Source: Pyrinomonadaceae bacterium
Lineage (GTDB): Bacteria; Acidobacteriota; Blastocatellia; Pyrinomonadales; Pyrinomonadaceae
Direction: 5' to 3'
Length of the DNA stretch: 64,000 nt
NCBI GenBank assembly: GCA_035249365.1
Contig: DATFGP010000022.1
Coordinates: 192,013 to 256,012 of the forward strand
Under the pieces are notes generated by a model. It saw nothing but the letters and a program-made list of their open reading frames with translations, was not told the origin of the DNA and searched no databases. Both the position numbers and the translations under genes were made by a program. Below, one piece after another: positions 9,764 through 19,043 of this stretch (the first letter of the stretch is position 1; every line of letters starts with the position of its first letter).

Positions 9764-11017
9764 TCAGCGCGCGGGTGTCAACGTGCCGAAGCCGACTTGC
9801 GCCAGCGCGTCCTCGCGCAGCGCGAGCGCCAGACGCTTATCGCCCGCCGTCAGCAGGCGTTTCTGTCGATGCCGCGACGCGCCGAAAAAAGCATGCAGCA
9901 ACATTTCATCCGAGACGCCGTCTTGCTGCTTCGTCGCCCCGCGTCTCGCACTGCTGCCGTCACCCAAACCGCGTGCGGTCGCAAACGCTTTTCGCGCAGA
10001 CTTTGCCTCGCCCAGTTGCTCCTGTATGAAGCCGAGCAACTGAAACGCGGCGGCGTAGTTTTCATCCGACTCGACGGCCTTGTTGATATGCTTGAGCGCG
10101 GTGCGCAGACGCCCCAATCGCGCGAGCGCGAAACTCGACACGTAATGCGCTTCGGCGCACGGTCGCGCGGCGAGCGCCTGCTTGAAATGCGCGAGCGCGC
10201 CCGCCCAGTCGTCCTCCGCCGCGAGAAAACGCCCGAGCGCGTAATGCGCCGCATAGGACGAACCGCGCTGCGCAATCGAGTCGCCGAGCAACTTCCTGGA
10301 CTGTTCGATTTCGCCGTCGTCGCCGCAAGCGATGCCGAGCAACAAGTAAACTTGCGTGCTGGCGGGCTGTGCGTCGTGCGCGCGTTGCAGGTAGGCGTGT
10401 GCTAGCGGCAATTTGCCTTCGCGGAAGAATTGCAGGCCGAGTATGAAATTGAGCGTCGGGTGTGCGGGCGCGAGCGCGGCGGCGCGTTCCAACTCGGCTT
10501 TGGCGCGTGCCGTCTTATCGTCGGCCAGATACTCCAAGCCGCGCCGGACGAACCCCTCGAAAACTTCTTTATCCTCGCCCTGATAATCGCCGACGATAGT
10601 GTCGCGCAAAAATTCGACCGAGTTCTGCTCCTTGCCCCCGGACTTCTCGCCCGCAAGCGCCGCGCGCCACATCGCGTCCAATTTTTTGCGATCAACTAAC
10701 CCCGTCTCGTCCAGCAGATTGATCAGAGTTTCCAGCAGCGCGTGATCCGACAGAGCGATCTGCGACTGTTTCAACAACAGTTCAAAACCCTTTTCGAGCC
10801 GCTCGGCGAAGCGCAGCAGATTGTTCTCCAACAGCGAAATGCGCTCGATGAGTTGCCCTTCGTGCTGCACGCCTGCCGCCGCCTCTTCCTCAAAGCGCAA
10901 GGTCGAAGGCTCGACCACCAGCATCAGGCGCGTCCCGCAACGCTCACACAACTCCTCGCCCAGCGGGTTCGCCGCGCCGCATCTCTGGCAACGTATCTCT
11001 TGAAAACTTCTTCGCAT
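9764..11017 (-). CDS. TPR-repeat protein with N-terminal zinc-ribbon
   Basis: N-terminal CQRCG...CERCG followed by multiple TPR-like helices. I place the start at the internal Met (MRRSFQEIRCQRCG), because the upstream MSLVTVLK residues lie inside the R4 repeat. Confidence 0.65.
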   Translation of the reverse strand: MRRSFQEIRCQRCGAANPLGEELCERCGTRLMLVVEPSTLRFEEEAAAGVQHEGQLIERISLLENNLLRFAERLEKGFELLLKQSQIALSDHALLETLINLLDETGLVDRKKLDAMWRAALAGEKSGGKEQNSVEFLRDTIVGDYQGEDKEVFEGFVRRGLEYLADDKTARAKAELERAAALAPAHPTLNFILGLQFFREGKLPLAHAYLQRAHDAQPASTQVYLLLGIACGDDGEIEQSRKLLGDSIAQRGSSYAAHYALGRFLAAEDDWAGALAHFKQALAARPCAEAHYVSSFALARLGRLRTALKHINKAVESDENYAAAFQLLGFIQEQLGEAKSARKAFATARGLGDGSSARRGATKQQDGVSDEMLLHAFFGASRHRQKRLLTAGDKRLALALREDALAQVGFGTLTPAR

Positions 11018-11027
11018 CTTCAAAACA

Positions 11028-11114
11028 GTAACAAGTGACAAGTGACGAGTGACAAGATAAACGACAAGTTTTTGATTTTAACTTGTCACTTACCACTCGT
11101 CACTTGTCACTGTA
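11028..11114. repeat. Foldback element R4 (GTGACAA type), reverse orientation
   Basis: ACAAGTGACAAGTGACGAGTGACAAG ... CTTGTCACTTACCACTCGTCACTTGTCACTG. It supplies the final S-D-K-stop of the hbd-like gene. Confidence 0.85.
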
Positions 11115-11954
11115 GTCATAAAATCCGCGTCCCGATTTGCGACCGAGCCATCCGGCGTCAACGTAGCGTTTGAGCAAAGGGCAGGGACGATATTTCGGAT
11201 CGCCGAGTTCTTCGTGCAGCACGTTGAGAATGGCGAGGCACACGTCCAGGCCGATGAAGTCTGCGAGCGTCAAAGGCCCCATCGGGTGATTCATGCCGAG
11301 TTTCATAATGCCGTCAATGCTCTCACGCGTGGCAACCGATTCGTGGAGCGCGAAGATCGCCTCGTTGATCATCGGCATCAAGACGCGGTTGGAGACGAAA
11401 CCGGGCGAGTCGTTGCATTCGAGCGGAATCTTGTCTAAACGCTCCGTTAAGGCGTGCGTGCGCGCGTAAGTCTCGTCGGAGGTGGCAATGCCGCGTATGA
11501 CTTCCACGAGTTTCATCACGGGCACAGGATTCATAAAATGCATGCCGATAACTTTTTCGGGTCGGCGCGTCGCCCCGCCGAGTTTCGTGATCGAGATGGA
11601 AGAGGTGTTCGAGGCGAGTATGGCGTCTGCTCCGGTAAGTTCGTCGAGCGCGCGAAAGATTTCAGCTTTGACGGCGAAGTTTTCCGTCACGGCTTCGACG
11701 ACGAACTGCGCATCTTTCAGCGCGTCCAACTCGGTCGTCGCGCTGATGCGTCCGATGATCGCGCGCTTCTCTTCTTCCGCGAGACGCGACTTGTCAACGT
11801 CGCGTTGCAGGCTGCGGTCAATGCTCCGCATACCGCGCTCCAAAAACTCGTCTTTCACGTCGCGCATGACGACCGTGTAGCCCGCGCGCGCCGCCACCTG
11901 TGCGATGCCGTTGCCCATCGTCCCTGCGCCTATCACCCCGATTGTCTCTGTCAC
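11100..11954 (-). CDS. 3-hydroxybutyryl-CoA / 3-hydroxyacyl-CoA dehydrogenase
   Basis: 284 aa with an NAD-binding [13 protein letters not shown]-terminus in the HBD family. The C-terminal SDK and stop codon are encoded by the R4 repeat. Confidence 0.9.
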   Translation of the reverse strand: MTETIGVIGAGTMGNGIAQVAARAGYTVVMRDVKDEFLERGMRSIDRSLQRDVDKSRLAEEEKRAIIGRISATTELDALKDAQFVVEAVTENFAVKAEIFRALDELTGADAILASNTSSISITKLGGATRRPEKVIGMHFMNPVPVMKLVEVIRGIATSDETYARTHALTERLDKIPLECNDSPGFVSNRVLMPMINEAIFALHESVATRESIDGIMKLGMNHPMGPLTLADFIGLDVCLAILNVLHEELGDPKYRPCPLLKRYVDAGWLGRKSGRGFYDYSDK

Positions 11955-11979
11955 AATATCTGTCTCCGTCCGAAAAAAG

Positions 11980-12513
11980 TTATTCGTTACGCCAGTCAGG
12001 CGGCTGTGCGGGCGGCGCGTATTCCTGCTCGCGCCCGAAATTCGTCTGCGCGTTCCAGTCGGACGCGGGCGGCGGCGCGTCGTGCAGCGCGAATGGACGC
12101 TGCTGTTGCTGCTGCGGTCGCGCTTTATTTTTCTCGTAGAACGCCTTGCCCGCGTCGCTGAACATGAACCAGAAGGAATAGACCGCGACGGCTGTTCCGA
12201 TGGGCACGCTCATCGTCTCCATCACAGACGCGACGATGCTCGCCGTCCGCGCCCACTCTTTACGTTTCAGCATCGCGTAGCCCGCGATGAACGAGGGCAA
12301 CGTGAAGATGAGCGAATAGACGAACATGAACAGGAAGAAGAAGGGCAGGATGACGAGGGGAAAGTTTTCATCGGGCGCGCCCGGACGCGTCGGGATTGCG
12401 CTGAACACCGCCCACATGAAGCCAAACATCGCGAGCATGATCAGCGTATAAAATCCGCCGTACGCGAGATGACAGATGCCCAGAGTCTTGTTGTGTTCTT
12501 CCGGCGTCATTAT
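11980..12513 (-). CDS. Hypothetical integral membrane protein, Pro/Gln-rich C-terminus
   Basis: About four predicted TM helices. I place the start at MTPEEHNK, whose ATG overlaps the thiolase stop (ATGA). Confidence 0.55.
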   Translation of the reverse strand: MMTPEEHNKTLGICHLAYGGFYTLIMLAMFGFMWAVFSAIPTRPGAPDENFPLVILPFFFLFMFVYSLIFTLPSFIAGYAMLKRKEWARTASIVASVMETMSVPIGTAVAVYSFWFMFSDAGKAFYEKNKARPQQQQQRPFALHDAPPPASDWNAQTNFGREQEYAPPAQPPDWRNE

Positions 12514-13700
12514 CGCTCCACCGCCATCGCCACAGCGTTGCCACCGCCGAGACAGAGCGCGCACAAACCGCGTCGCGCGCCGCGCCGTTGCATCTCGTAC
12601 AAAATCGTCGTCAAAAGACGCGACCCCGATTGACCGATGGCGTGGCCGAGCGCGACCGCGCCGCCGTTGACGTTCACGCGCGCCGGATCGAGTTCGAGTT
12701 CGCGTATGATTGCGACGGCCTGCACTGCGAACGCTTCGTTGAGTTCGATCAAATCAACTTCGTTGAGACTCCATCCGGCCTTCTTCAAAACTTTGCGAAT
12801 CGCCTCGACCGGAGCCATCATCACGAGTTCCGGCTGGATGCCCGAAGTCGCCTGCGCCGCGATGCGCGCCATAGGCTCTACGCCGAGTACACGCGCGCGT
12901 TCGAGCGACGTGACGACGACAGCCGATGCGCCGTCGTTGACGCCGGGCGCATTGCCAGCCGTCACCGTCCCGCCTTCTTTTTTGAACGCGGGTTTGAGTT
13001 TGGCGAGTGCTTCGAGCGACGTGTCTTCGCGCACGGTCTCGTCCGTGTCGAACACGGTGGGCGCGCCCTTCTTGTTCGGGATTTCGACGGCGATGATCTC
13101 GTCTTTGAACTTGCCCGCCTTGATCGCCGCCGCAGCCTTGCGATGTGAATTCAAGGCGTACTCGTCCTGCTCTGCGCGCGTCACGTTGTAGCGTTCGGCG
13201 ACGACCTCGCCCGTGTTGCCCATGTGATAATTCTCGAACGCGCACCACAGCCCGTCGTGAATCATCGCGTCAACGAGCGTGCCGTTGCCGAGCCTGTAGC
13301 CCTCGCGCGCCTTCGGCAAGAGATACGGCGCGTTCGTCATTGACTCCATGCCGCCCGCGACGACTATTTCCGCGTCGCCGAGTTTCACACCCTGCGCCGC
13401 CATCATCACGGACTTCAAACCCGAACCGCACACCTTGTTGATCGTCACCGCAGAGACGCCGAACGGGATGCCGCCCTTGAGCGCAGCCTGCCGCGCAGGA
13501 TTCTGCCCGACGCCCGCCTGCACGACGTTTCCCATGATCACTTCGTCAACGTCTTCGGGCGCGACGCCCGCGCGCCTGACGCTCTCGCGCACGACTATCG
13601 CGCCCAGATCAGTCGCCGAAAAATTCTTCAACGCCCCCTGAAACTTCCCCGTCGGCGTACGAGCCGCGCTGATGATGACCGCTTCCCTGTTGTCCGGCAT
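12510..13700 (-). CDS. Acetyl-CoA C-acetyltransferase (thiolase)
   Basis: 396 aa with thiolase signatures ([37 protein letters not shown]). Confidence 0.95.
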   Translation of the reverse strand: MPDNREAVIISAARTPTGKFQGALKNFSATDLGAIVVRESVRRAGVAPEDVDEVIMGNVVQAGVGQNPARQAALKGGIPFGVSAVTINKVCGSGLKSVMMAAQGVKLGDAEIVVAGGMESMTNAPYLLPKAREGYRLGNGTLVDAMIHDGLWCAFENYHMGNTGEVVAERYNVTRAEQDEYALNSHRKAAAAIKAGKFKDEIIAVEIPNKKGAPTVFDTDETVREDTSLEALAKLKPAFKKEGGTVTAGNAPGVNDGASAVVVTSLERARVLGVEPMARIAAQATSGIQPELVMMAPVEAIRKVLKKAGWSLNEVDLIELNEAFAVQAVAIIRELELDPARVNVNGGAVALGHAIGQSGSRLLTTILYEMQRRGARRGLCALCLGGGNAVAMAVER

Positions 13701-13718
13701 GATTGCTCCTTAAAAAAA

Positions 13719-13803
13719 ACAGTGACAAGTGACAGGTGACGAGTGACAAGTTAGAAGAACAAGTCGGTTTCAACTTGTCACTCGTCACTTATCACTTGTC
13801 ACT
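13719..13803. repeat. Foldback element R4 (GTGACAA type)
   Basis: CAGTGACAAGTGACAGGTGACGAGTGACAAG ... CTTGTCACTCGTCACTTATCACTTGTCACTG, immediately upstream of the thiolase start. Confidence 0.85.
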
Positions 13804-13945
13804 GTAGTTACGATTATACGTTGGCACTTTGGAGAGTCAAGCAAGGGCTAGTTGCGTGCGGGATCGTCAATTGGCAAGCAAGAGGCAGGAAGGCGGGAGT
13901 GATTCGAGTGTGAATCAGCACCCGTCTTGTCTATGTTAGAGGTGG

Positions 13946-14680
13946 TTATTGCTGATGTTGCTTTCGCTTCTCTTCTAACAGTTGTCGCATCGCTTCGGCA
14001 TTTTTGGGTGCTGTCTTCTTAACATCTTCAATCTTCTTCTCGTAATGGTCGTAGCTAATCGGCAGATTCGGAGGTGTGAAGGCGAGGGACGCACGCGCCT
14101 CAGCACCATACTTTACCTCTTTGGCTTCGACGACCGTTGTTCCAAATTCGTTATGATGCACCATTTTGAGTAATTCCCACTGTAAGTCTGGCGCAGCGTA
14201 AGTCTCCGTGTAGCTCGAATCGTCATGGTTCTGTCTCACGATGAAGACACGGAAGCCGAGCACTGTTCCCTCTCCGGCGAAATTCGGTTGGCTGCGAAAC
14301 TGCGCTTCGCTGATCGGCGCGTGGCGCGACCAACCCGATACAAAACTCAAAGTTTGAGTCTTCTCGTCCACGCTGAAAACTCCACGCTCGTTTTCGGAAA
14401 AGAGCGTTTTCGTCTTGATCTGTCCGTCCGGCTCTCTGAGCTTTTTGATGTCAACGTAAGAACCGTCGGCCTTTGCCAGACGCATGTAAGTACCTTCGCT
14501 AATAATTGTGCCGCCGGATGGTGTGAATGTTCGTTCGGAGAGGATAAATATGTCCTGCGGCTTGGGCGGGCGCAGCGAGTAAGCGATGACAACCGAGACT
14601 ACGCCCAACAGCAGCACGGCGAGCGATGCTGCTCTCATTTTGTTTGACGAGATAAAATTCATCTTCGTTCCTCCTCCCAC
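13946..14680 (-). CDS. Hypothetical secreted protein in an AT-rich islet
   Basis: N-terminal signal-like segment (MRAASLAVLLLGVVSVVIAYS). No recognisable family. Local GC is clearly below the window average. Confidence 0.5.
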   Translation of the reverse strand: MGGGTKMNFISSNKMRAASLAVLLLGVVSVVIAYSLRPPKPQDIFILSERTFTPSGGTIISEGTYMRLAKADGSYVDIKKLREPDGQIKTKTLFSENERGVFSVDEKTQTLSFVSGWSRHAPISEAQFRSQPNFAGEGTVLGFRVFIVRQNHDDSSYTETYAAPDLQWELLKMVHHNEFGTTVVEAKEVKYGAEARASLAFTPPNLPISYDHYEKKIEDVKKTAPKNAEAMRQLLEEKRKQHQQ

Positions 14681-14724
14681 TTAACCTGATGGTGGCTGAG
14701 TTATGTTTGAACCTCCGCGCATCT

Positions 14725-15015
14725 TTAAAAAGAATTACACGTTCCCCGGTAGCAAGATAGGAAAGTTACAGACCAAGGCTCAAACACGCACCGCCCGTAC
14801 TCATAGTAACAACACCTGCCATAGCCAGCATCACAAGGTCTACAGGCAACCAAACAATCTTGACCATACACATCCCAGATACAAGAAGGCGATGAGTTGC
14901 AAGCGGATGCCTCGGCAGGCTTTTCCGCGACTATTAAGGTGAGAGAGATGGCGAGTAGGCACAGGCCGAGAAACATTGACAGGCTGTTAAAGATAGCCCT
15001 CATATTCTTTTTCAT
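14725..15015 (-). CDS. Small secreted cysteine-rich peptide (12 Cys in a ~58-aa mature region)
   Basis: Signal peptide MKKNMRAIFNSLSMFLGLCLLAISLTLIVA, then CNSSPSCIWDVYGQDCLVACRPCDAGYGRCCYYEYGRCVFEPWSVTFLSCYRGTCNSF. Lies in the AT-rich islet. Confidence 0.5.
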   Translation of the reverse strand: MKKNMRAIFNSLSMFLGLCLLAISLTLIVAEKPAEASACNSSPSCIWDVYGQDCLVACRPCDAGYGRCCYYEYGRCVFEPWSVTFLSCYRGTCNSF

Positions 15016-15226
15016 GGGAAGCCTCGCTTTTTGACGTAAGGTTGAGGGTTAAAGTCAAAAACCGTTGAGGTGATAATCATATTCCTGTTATTGAATTTGT
15101 CAAGGGTATCGTTGAATTGTCAACGCGGGCGCGCGGGTGTTAGACTCCGCCTCGCATTTGCTTCGTCACATTTGCCTCGACAGGCGTAAGTTTTCTCATT
15201 TCCAGTTTTTATTTATCTAAACCAAC

Positions 15227-16276
15227 ATGCAGGCACTCATACTCGCAGGCGGCAAAGGCACACGACTCCGCCCGCTGACGGTCTTTACACCGAAACCCAT
15301 CGTCCCCATCTGCAACCGCTCGTTTCTGCTCTACCAGATCGACACGTTGCGCAACGCCGGAATCACGGACATCACGCTATCGCTCTCCTACCAGCCGCAC
15401 AAGATCGAACAACTCATCGGCGACGGCTCGGCGCACGGCGTCAAGATCAAGTACACGGTCGAGCCGCAACCGATGGGCACGGCGGGCGCGTACAAGTTCG
15501 CAGAAGAGTTGATACGCGAACCGACCGTCGTATTCAACGGCGACATCCTCACAGACCTCGATCTGGAACGCGTCATACGCGAACACAACGAACGCGGCGC
15601 GGCGGCGACGCTTGTGCTCGCGCCCGTCGAAAATCCGAGCGCCTACGGACTCGTCGAAACCGAACCGGACGGGCGCGTGCGTCGCTTCCTTGAGAAGCCG
15701 AAGGCGGATGAAATCTCCGTCAACACGATCAACGCGGGCACATACGTCTTAGAACCGCGCGTGCTCGACCTGATCCCGTCGGGCGAAAACTACTCTTTCG
15801 AGTATCAACTCTTCCCAGACCTGCTCCGGCGCGGCGAAGCCTTCTACGCGCACATCCCGGACAACGCTTACTGGATAGACATCGGCACGACCGAGCGCTA
15901 CCTGCAAGTTCATCACGATCTGCTCGCGGGTCGCGTGAGCCACATCAGCCTCGCGGGTGCGCGCGAGGGCGTCTACGAGTCGGCGACGGTGGCGGAAATT
16001 GACGAACGCTCGCTCATCGCCGACGGCTGCATGATCAAACCGGGCGCGCAGATCATCAACTCCGTGCTCGGCGAGGGTTGCTACATAGACGAGCGTGCGC
16101 GGATCGAAAACTCCGTCGTGTGGGCGCACACACGCGTCTCTGCGGGCGCGCAAATCACGAACGCCATCATCGGTCGCGGTTGCCACATCGGGCGCGAGGC
16201 GCGCGTCGGCGCAGGCGTAGTGCTCGGCGATAAAACTTCGCTCACAGACTACACGCAGACGGGCGGCGCGCTATGA
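15227..16276 (+). CDS. NDP-sugar pyrophosphorylase (mannose-1-phosphate guanylyltransferase-like) with C-terminal left-handed beta-helix
   Basis: LILAGGKGTRLRPLT nucleotidyltransferase motif. Start overlaps manB by 4 nt. Confidence 0.85.
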   Translation: MQALILAGGKGTRLRPLTVFTPKPIVPICNRSFLLYQIDTLRNAGITDITLSLSYQPHKIEQLIGDGSAHGVKIKYTVEPQPMGTAGAYKFAEELIREPTVVFNGDILTDLDLERVIREHNERGAAATLVLAPVENPSAYGLVETEPDGRVRRFLEKPKADEISVNTINAGTYVLEPRVLDLIPSGENYSFEYQLFPDLLRRGEAFYAHIPDNAYWIDIGTTERYLQVHHDLLAGRVSHISLAGAREGVYESATVAEIDERSLIADGCMIKPGAQIINSVLGEGCYIDERARIENSVVWAHTRVSAGAQITNAIIGRGCHIGREARVGAGVVLGDKTSLTDYTQTGGAL

Positions 16277-17745
16277 GCGGTCGCTTGATCCCCGAACGCA
16301 TCCCGCGCACGCCAATCCTCTTTGGCACGGACGGCTGGCGCGCTGTCATCGCGCACGAATTTACATTCGCCAACCTCGAACGAGTCGCGCAAGCCTACGC
16401 GGACTTTCTCAATCAACCACAAACGTCGGCGCAAGCGACCAGAGCAAACGACAAGGCTGAGACGCCGCACGTCGTCGTCGGCTACGACCGCCGTTTTCTG
16501 TCGGAGAAGTTTGCCGCGCGCGCGGCGGAAGTGTTGGTCGGCAACGGAATCAGGGTTGCGATGTTCGCGGGCGACGTGCCGACGCCGCTCGTCTCCTGGG
16601 CGGTGCGCGAGCGCGGCGCGGCGGGCGGCGTAGTGATCACGGCCTCGCACAATCCTGCGGAGTTCAACGGCTTCAAGATCAAAGCCCCTTGGGGCGGGAG
16701 CGCGACGCGTGAGACGACCGCCGCCGTCGAAGCTCTCGTTGACGCGCAGCCTCCGCGTCTGAGCGACTTGACGGCGGCAATGCGCGGCGGGCTGGACGAT
16801 TCAGTTGAAAGTTATCGCGCGCAGATCGCGTCCTACGTTGATCTGGAAAAATTGAAGGCGGCGGAGGCGCGCGTCGTCGTCGATCCGATGCACGGGTCGG
16901 GCGGTCGCTGGGTTGAGAGTTTTTTGCGTGGCGGCGCGCTCTCGGTCGAGACGATTCGCGCCGAACGCGACACGCAATTCGGCGGCGTCAATCCCGAACC
17001 AATTGACCGTAACCTCGCGCCTTTGCGTGTACGCGTGCGCGAGACGCAGGCGCTCGTAGGTCTTGCGACGGACGGCGACGCAGACCGCGTCGGCGCGGTC
17101 AACGAACTTGGCGAGACGATGACGATGCACGAAGTCGTCCCTGTCGTGCTCCTGCATCTCGCGCGGCGTCGCGGCATGACGGGCGGCGTCGTGCGCACCT
17201 TCTCGCAATCGGTGCTCACCAAACGCATCGCCGCCGCGCACAAACTGAAACTCCACGAGACGCCCATCGGCTTCAAGTACGTCGCAGACCTCATGCTGCG
17301 CGAAGACATTCTGCTCGGCGCGGAAGAATCGGGCGGCGTCGGCGTCAAAGGCCACATCCCCGAACGCGACGGCATACTCAACTCGCTCATCTTCCTCGAA
17401 GCCATCGTCGCGGCGGGCAAAACGCCTTCGGAGTTGGTCAAAGAGATGCACCGCGAGTTCGGCGAGTTCTACTTCGGGCGGCGCGACCTGCACATCGAAG
17501 TTGCGCGTGGACTGAACCTCGTAGAAACGCTTTCCGTCTCGCCACCCGCAGACGTGGCCGGTTACACCGTACACGGCTTCTCGCAACTCGACGGCATCAA
17601 GTTCACCTTCGGCGACGAATCATGGCTGCTCTTCCGGCAATCCGGCACAGAACCCGTCCTGCGCATCTACGCCGAAGCCACGTCCGTTGCGAAGATGAAC
17701 GAGTTGCTCGACGAAGGCAGCGCGATGGCGCAAACGGTCTCTTAA
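16273..17745 (+). CDS. Phosphomannomutase/phosphoglucomutase
   Basis: TASHNPAEFNGFKIK active-site loop and GDGDADR metal-binding loop. Confidence 0.9.
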   Translation: MSGRLIPERIPRTPILFGTDGWRAVIAHEFTFANLERVAQAYADFLNQPQTSAQATRANDKAETPHVVVGYDRRFLSEKFAARAAEVLVGNGIRVAMFAGDVPTPLVSWAVRERGAAGGVVITASHNPAEFNGFKIKAPWGGSATRETTAAVEALVDAQPPRLSDLTAAMRGGLDDSVESYRAQIASYVDLEKLKAAEARVVVDPMHGSGGRWVESFLRGGALSVETIRAERDTQFGGVNPEPIDRNLAPLRVRVRETQALVGLATDGDADRVGAVNELGETMTMHEVVPVVLLHLARRRGMTGGVVRTFSQSVLTKRIAAAHKLKLHETPIGFKYVADLMLREDILLGAEESGGVGVKGHIPERDGILNSLIFLEAIVAAGKTPSELVKEMHREFGEFYFGRRDLHIEVARGLNLVETLSVSPPADVAGYTVHGFSQLDGIKFTFGDESWLLFRQSGTEPVLRIYAEATSVAKMNELLDEGSAMAQTVS

Positions 17746-17793
17746 AGGTTAAGAAAATTCAACAACATGGATCACTCACATAGTGCCATGTCT

Positions 17794-18057
17794 TTACTGT
17801 TTTACATGTGATTTTAATAGCAACCAAAATTCATCACACGCTTCTGAAACATCAGGGTAACGGCGCTCGCGCTTTTCAAAAACAACATAATCGAAATTGC
17901 GAAACCGCACATCATCGCCTTCATTTATAGAGCTACTTTTATCAGAGACGGGCATATTGAATTTGAGCAATGGTATATAACCGTCTTCCGTCTTGCGCGT
18001 AACGCCTTCTGGTTGTCGCGCCTCACTTTCAGATAACTGTATTTGCTCTTTACTCAT
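17794..18057 (-). CDS. Hypothetical small protein in an AT-rich spacer
   Basis: 87 aa with no recognisable family. Sits in an AT-rich block between manB and mutM. Confidence 0.3.
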   Translation of the reverse strand: MSKEQIQLSESEARQPEGVTRKTEDGYIPLLKFNMPVSDKSSSINEGDDVRFRNFDYVVFEKRERRYPDVSEACDEFWLLLKSHVKQ

Positions 18058-18087
18058 TTAATTATCCTATCATGATTTTATTTCAAT

Positions 18088-18921
18088 ATGCCTGAACTTC
18101 CCGAAGTCGAACTCGTCGCGCGTGCGTTAGATGGTCTCGTCAGCTCGCGCCGCATCGTCGCCGCGAGACTTTTGCGCGCGGGGCTTGCGCCGGAGACGCC
18201 GCCCGCAGTCTTCGCGCGGCGTCTGCGCGGGCGTCGCATCGAGCGCGTCACGCGACGCGGCAAGCATGTGCTGTTCGAGTTGGATCGCGAGTTGATCTTG
18301 ATCGCGCACCTGCGCATGACGGGAAGGTTTTTGCTGTTGCCGCCCGAAGCCGCGCTGCCGAAGCACACACACGCCGTCTTTTATCTCGACGACGACCGCA
18401 GGCTCGTCTTCGCAGATCAACGCCACTTCGGGATGATGAAACTCTGCGGCACAGCGGAACTCGCACACGCGAAGGAACTGCGCCTGCTCGCCCCCGAACC
18501 GTTCTCCGATGACTTCACGCCGCACTACCTGCGCGCCGTCTTCGCACGCACGCGCCGGACTTTGAAGGAGACGCTGCTCGATCAAACGAAGGTCACGGGT
18601 CTCGGCAACATCTACGCCGCAGAGGTTTTGTTTCTAGCGCGCATCAATCCTTTTCGCGTCGCCGCAGAAGTTTCCACGCGCCGCCTGCCGCGCTTGCATC
18701 GCGCCATCCTCGACGTGTTCGACGAGGCAATCGCACACGGCTCGACAATGAATGTCGATCCAGAAAATATTGACGGCAGCTACTACGACGGCGGCGAGGG
18801 TGGTCGTTGGCGCGTCTACGGACGCGAAGGCGAACCGTGTTTGAGTTGCCGCGCACGAATCCGCCGTATTACACACGCCGGACGCTCGACGTATTTTTGC
18901 CCGCGATGCCAACGAGGATAA
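18088..18921 (+). CDS. mutM: Formamidopyrimidine-DNA glycosylase
   Basis: N-terminal MPELPEVE and a C-terminal zinc finger CxxC...CPRCQ. Confidence 0.9.
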   Translation: MPELPEVELVARALDGLVSSRRIVAARLLRAGLAPETPPAVFARRLRGRRIERVTRRGKHVLFELDRELILIAHLRMTGRFLLLPPEAALPKHTHAVFYLDDDRRLVFADQRHFGMMKLCGTAELAHAKELRLLAPEPFSDDFTPHYLRAVFARTRRTLKETLLDQTKVTGLGNIYAAEVLFLARINPFRVAAEVSTRRLPRLHRAILDVFDEAIAHGSTMNVDPENIDGSYYDGGEGGRWRVYGREGEPCLSCRARIRRITHAGRSTYFCPRCQRG

Positions 18922-18926
18922 AGACG

Positions 18927-19040
18927 GGGAAAAGGAAAAGGTAAGGGGGAAAGGTTGAAGACAAAAGCGGGACGCAGCAGTTGATCGCTGCGTCCCGCTT
19001 TACGTTTTTACCTTTCCCCTTTCCCCTTACCCTTTCCCCT
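18927..19040. repeat. Foldback element R3 (GGGGAAA/GGTAAGG type) with a nested GC hairpin, between convergent mutM and the S9 peptidase
   Basis: GGGGAAAAGGAAAAGGTAAGGGGGAAAGG ... CCTTTCCCCTTTCCCCTTACCCTTTCCCC, plus an inner GCGGGACGCAGCAG-ttgat-CGCTGCGTCCCGC stem. Probably terminator-competent. Confidence 0.75.
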
Positions 19041-19043
19041 GAT

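Noticed and set aside
14703-14942. 79-aa plus-strand ORF
   Set aside because: It overlaps the Cys-rich peptide gene on the opposite strand. The minus-strand ORF has a clean signal peptide and a patterned Cys array, so it is preferred.
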